A stretch of 64,000 nt of DNA, from the NCBI GenBank assembly GCA_035549315.1, contig DASZRC010000026.1, positions 988 through 64,987 on the forward strand, written 5' to 3'. The number at the start of each line of letters is the position of its first letter. The first letter of the stretch is position 1. A program made the translations under genes and the position numbers. Shown in pieces: positions 61,753-64,000 of this stretch. Source of the DNA: Patescibacteria group bacterium. GTDB lineage: Bacteria; Patescibacteriota; Microgenomatia; Levybacterales; GWA1-39-11. The notes below the pieces were generated by a model. It did not search any database. It saw nothing but the letters and a program-made list of their open reading frames with translations, and was not told the DNA's origin.

Positions 61753-62850
61753 ATGAGAATTTTGATACTGAATTGGCGGGACATAAAACACAGTTGGGCC
61801 GGAGGGAGTGAACTGTATATTCATGAGTTGGCAAAACGTTGGGTAAAGTTAGGATCTGAGGTAACTTTATTTTGTGCTCAGGATATAGTCCAACCTCTTC
61901 CGGATAAGGAAGTTATCGACGGAATTACAATTTTTAGAAAAGGAGGAAAGTTCTCTGTTTATTTTTGGGCTTTTATTTACTACTTTAAATATTTTAGAAA
62001 TAAGACAGATGTAATACTTGATGTAGAAAATGGGATTCCATTCTTTACTCCATTCTATTCTAGAAAAAAGAAAGTTTGTTTGGTTTACCACGTTCATGGA
62101 AAACAATTTTTTTATGAGCTTCCCTTTCCAATAAGTATTCTTGGATATGTTCTTGAGAAGTACGTATTTCCACTTTTGTATAGGAATATTAATATTATGG
62201 CAATCTCCAAAAGTACTAAAAGAGAGCTTGAAAGATTGGGTTTTAAATCTAAACGGATTTCTATCGTAGAGCCGGGTGTAAGTATAAATGGCTCCAAAAT
62301 ATTATCTGTAAGTAAATACAATAAGCCAACGGTAGTTTATTTGGGTAGGATTAAGAAATATAAAAGAATAGAAATACTTGTTAATATTATGCCAAAAATT
62401 TTGGAAAAAATTCCCAATGCAAGATTGTTAATTGCAGGATGGGGAAGTGAGGCACCCTTTATAATTGATTTGGCAATGAAAAGTAAAGTTAGGAAAAGAA
62501 TTGAGTTGATAGGACCAGTTAGTGAGTATGAAAAGAAAATATTGCTCTCAAAATCTTGGATTTTTGTTAATCCTTCTTTGCATGAGGGGTGGGGAATATC
62601 TGTTATTGAGACAAATCTTATGGGAACTCCTGCAATAGGATTTAATGTACCAGGTCTTTCAGATTCAATTAAAAATGGATATAATGGGTATCTCTGTGGG
62701 GATGAAGAGGCTATGATTGGGGCAATAGTCAAAGTTTTAGAGAATAAAAAATTGAGAGAAAACTTGAGTAAAAATTCAAAAAAATGGGCACATCAGTTCA
62801 ATTGGGATAATGCTGCTAAACTTAGTTTGAGAATGATAAAAAAAACATAA
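61753..62850 (+). CDS. GT4 glycosyltransferase
   Basis: ILILNWRD...AGGSE, LGRIKKYK, EGWGISVIE, VPGLSDSI; paralogue of 59220-60326. Confidence 0.9.
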   Translation: MRILILNWRDIKHSWAGGSELYIHELAKRWVKLGSEVTLFCAQDIVQPLPDKEVIDGITIFRKGGKFSVYFWAFIYYFKYFRNKTDVILDVENGIPFFTPFYSRKKKVCLVYHVHGKQFFYELPFPISILGYVLEKYVFPLLYRNINIMAISKSTKRELERLGFKSKRISIVEPGVSINGSKILSVSKYNKPTVVYLGRIKKYKRIEILVNIMPKILEKIPNARLLIAGWGSEAPFIIDLAMKSKVRKRIELIGPVSEYEKKILLSKSWIFVNPSLHEGWGISVIETNLMGTPAIGFNVPGLSDSIKNGYNGYLCGDEEAMIGAIVKVLENKKLRENLSKNSKKWAHQFNWDNAAKLSLRMIKKT

Positions 62851-62856
62851 AATACC

Positions 62857-63693
62857 GTGCAAAATAAAAAAAATCTTCCTTTAGTTTCTGTATCAATACC
62901 AACTTTAAATTCGGCAAAAACTATTGCTAAAACCCTTGATTCTTTGAAGAACCAAACTTATAAGAATATAGAAATTATTATTGGTGATGGTGGTAGTAAG
63001 GATGATACTGTCAAGATTGCTAGAAAGTATGGAGCAATCATATGTTATGGTAAAGCACTAGGAAAGGCACGATTTGAAATTTTGCAAAAAGCTCGAGGTA
63101 AATATGTCATTACAATCGATTCAGATCAATACGTTGGTAAAACTCTAATAGAAAGAGCTGTTAAAAAAATGGAAAAAAATGATTATGATGGTCTTATTTT
63201 AAATGAAGAGTCGGTAATAGGTAAAAATACATTTATCGAAAAACTTTTGGCATATGATAAATGGGTAGTAGTCTCGAGTAAAGATCATAACCCACTTTTT
63301 GGTGCAGAAATACCTAGAATGTTTAAGAGAAAGAACATGCTAACTTTTAAATGGCCAAAAACCGTATCTATTCTTGATGATGCCATTTTGTTTAAAGATA
63401 ATCTAGCAAAGCTTAAAAATGTTGGATACTTGGGGGGAGATGGGATAAAACACAAGGAGGTTGATGACTTTTTTGTTTTCTTTAAAAAATTTATGAGATA
63501 TGGTAAATTGTATTCCGGAACGCTCAAGGTATCCGGTAGTACAACGCTCGCCCACAGTCTTCCAAGACGTAATTATTTTAGAATGGAAGTTATTAAAAGG
63601 CCAAACGTTTTTTTAAGCTTAATGATCTTATACCTTATTAAGGGTGTGGCCGTAACTTGTGGTATCATTTCATACAAATTAACCGGAAAATAA
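62857..63693 (+). CDS. GT2 glycosyltransferase
   Basis: PLVSVSIPTLNS, NQTYKNIEIII.DGGSKD, IDSD. Confidence 0.85.
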   Translation: MQNKKNLPLVSVSIPTLNSAKTIAKTLDSLKNQTYKNIEIIIGDGGSKDDTVKIARKYGAIICYGKALGKARFEILQKARGKYVITIDSDQYVGKTLIERAVKKMEKNDYDGLILNEESVIGKNTFIEKLLAYDKWVVVSSKDHNPLFGAEIPRMFKRKNMLTFKWPKTVSILDDAILFKDNLAKLKNVGYLGGDGIKHKEVDDFFVFFKKFMRYGKLYSGTLKVSGSTTLAHSLPRRNYFRMEVIKRPNVFLSLMILYLIKGVAVTCGIISYKLTGK

Positions 63694-64000
63694 ATGAAAC
63701 TAAAAAACAAAAAAATTCTTTTAACAGGTGGTCATGGATTTTTAGGAAGACACGTATATAAAGCACTTCTGAAAAGAGGTGTACCTAAGGAAAATATTTA
63801 TGCTCCATCTTCCAAAGACTTAGATTTAAGAAAGTGGAGTAACTCTATTAAGGCAACTAAGGGTCAAGATATTGTTATTCATTTAGCCGCAAAAGTTGGA
63901 GGAATAGGTTTAAATCGTGATAAGCCGGCCGAGCTTTTCTATGAGAATGCATTAATGGGCATACAATTAATTGAAGCTGCAAGGCTTTCAGGAGTTGAAA
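63694..64000 (+). CDS. fcl: GDP-L-fucose synthase (partial; runs off window; not in ORF track)
   Basis: MKLKNKKILLTGGHGFLG...DLDLR...IHLAAKVGGIGLNRDKPAELFYENALMG. Confidence 0.85.
   Translation, partial: MKLKNKKILLTGGHGFLGRHVYKALLKRGVPKENIYAPSSKDLDLRKWSNSIKATKGQDIVIHLAAKVGGIGLNRDKPAELFYENALMGIQLIEAARLSGVE

Noticed and set aside
4048-63527. Many 60-160 aa ORFs antisense to or overlapping long CDSs
   Set aside because: They have no recognisable motifs and are expected shadows of AT-rich coding sequence.
1-64000. CRISPR array, rRNA, prophage, IS transposase or integrase
   Set aside because: I saw no regularly spaced repeats or recognisable genes of these types.

Overview
This is an AT-rich bacterial window in genetic code 11. 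Its gene content (DUF5652, DUF5667, four-helix-bundle protein, many GT-C paralogues, leaderless-looking promoters) suggests Patescibacteria/CPR, probably Microgenomates; that assignment is an inference. Region 1 (1-3.6 kb) is a tRNA-Glu(CTC) insertion hotspot. It has a GIY-YIG gene bounded by a 19-bp duplication of the tRNA 3' end and by inverted repeats, a second GIY-YIG remnant, decayed tRNA 3' fragments and a methyltransferase. Region 2 (3.7-15.2 kb) is a stress/DNA-repair block: MalQ, a Nei-like glycosylase lacking the N-terminal Pro, DUF72, SDR, DUF3072, Ku, LigD, a chromate transporter pair, HAD, TrhO-like and AlkZ-like genes. Region 3 (15.3 kb to the window end) is a >48-kb, almost entirely co-oriented surface-glycosylation locus. 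It has about 18 polytopic GT-C-type transferases from several families, 10 GT2s (4 of polyprenol-phosphate-sugar-synthase type), 4 GT4s, 2 Wzx-like flippases, GalE and a partial GDP-fucose synthase. The most unusual non-coding signal is a ~175-nt element present twice inside this locus (17202-17378, 33706-33881), with a conserved GC-rich core and compensatory base changes in four stems. All product calls are from motif recognition only; no searches were run.
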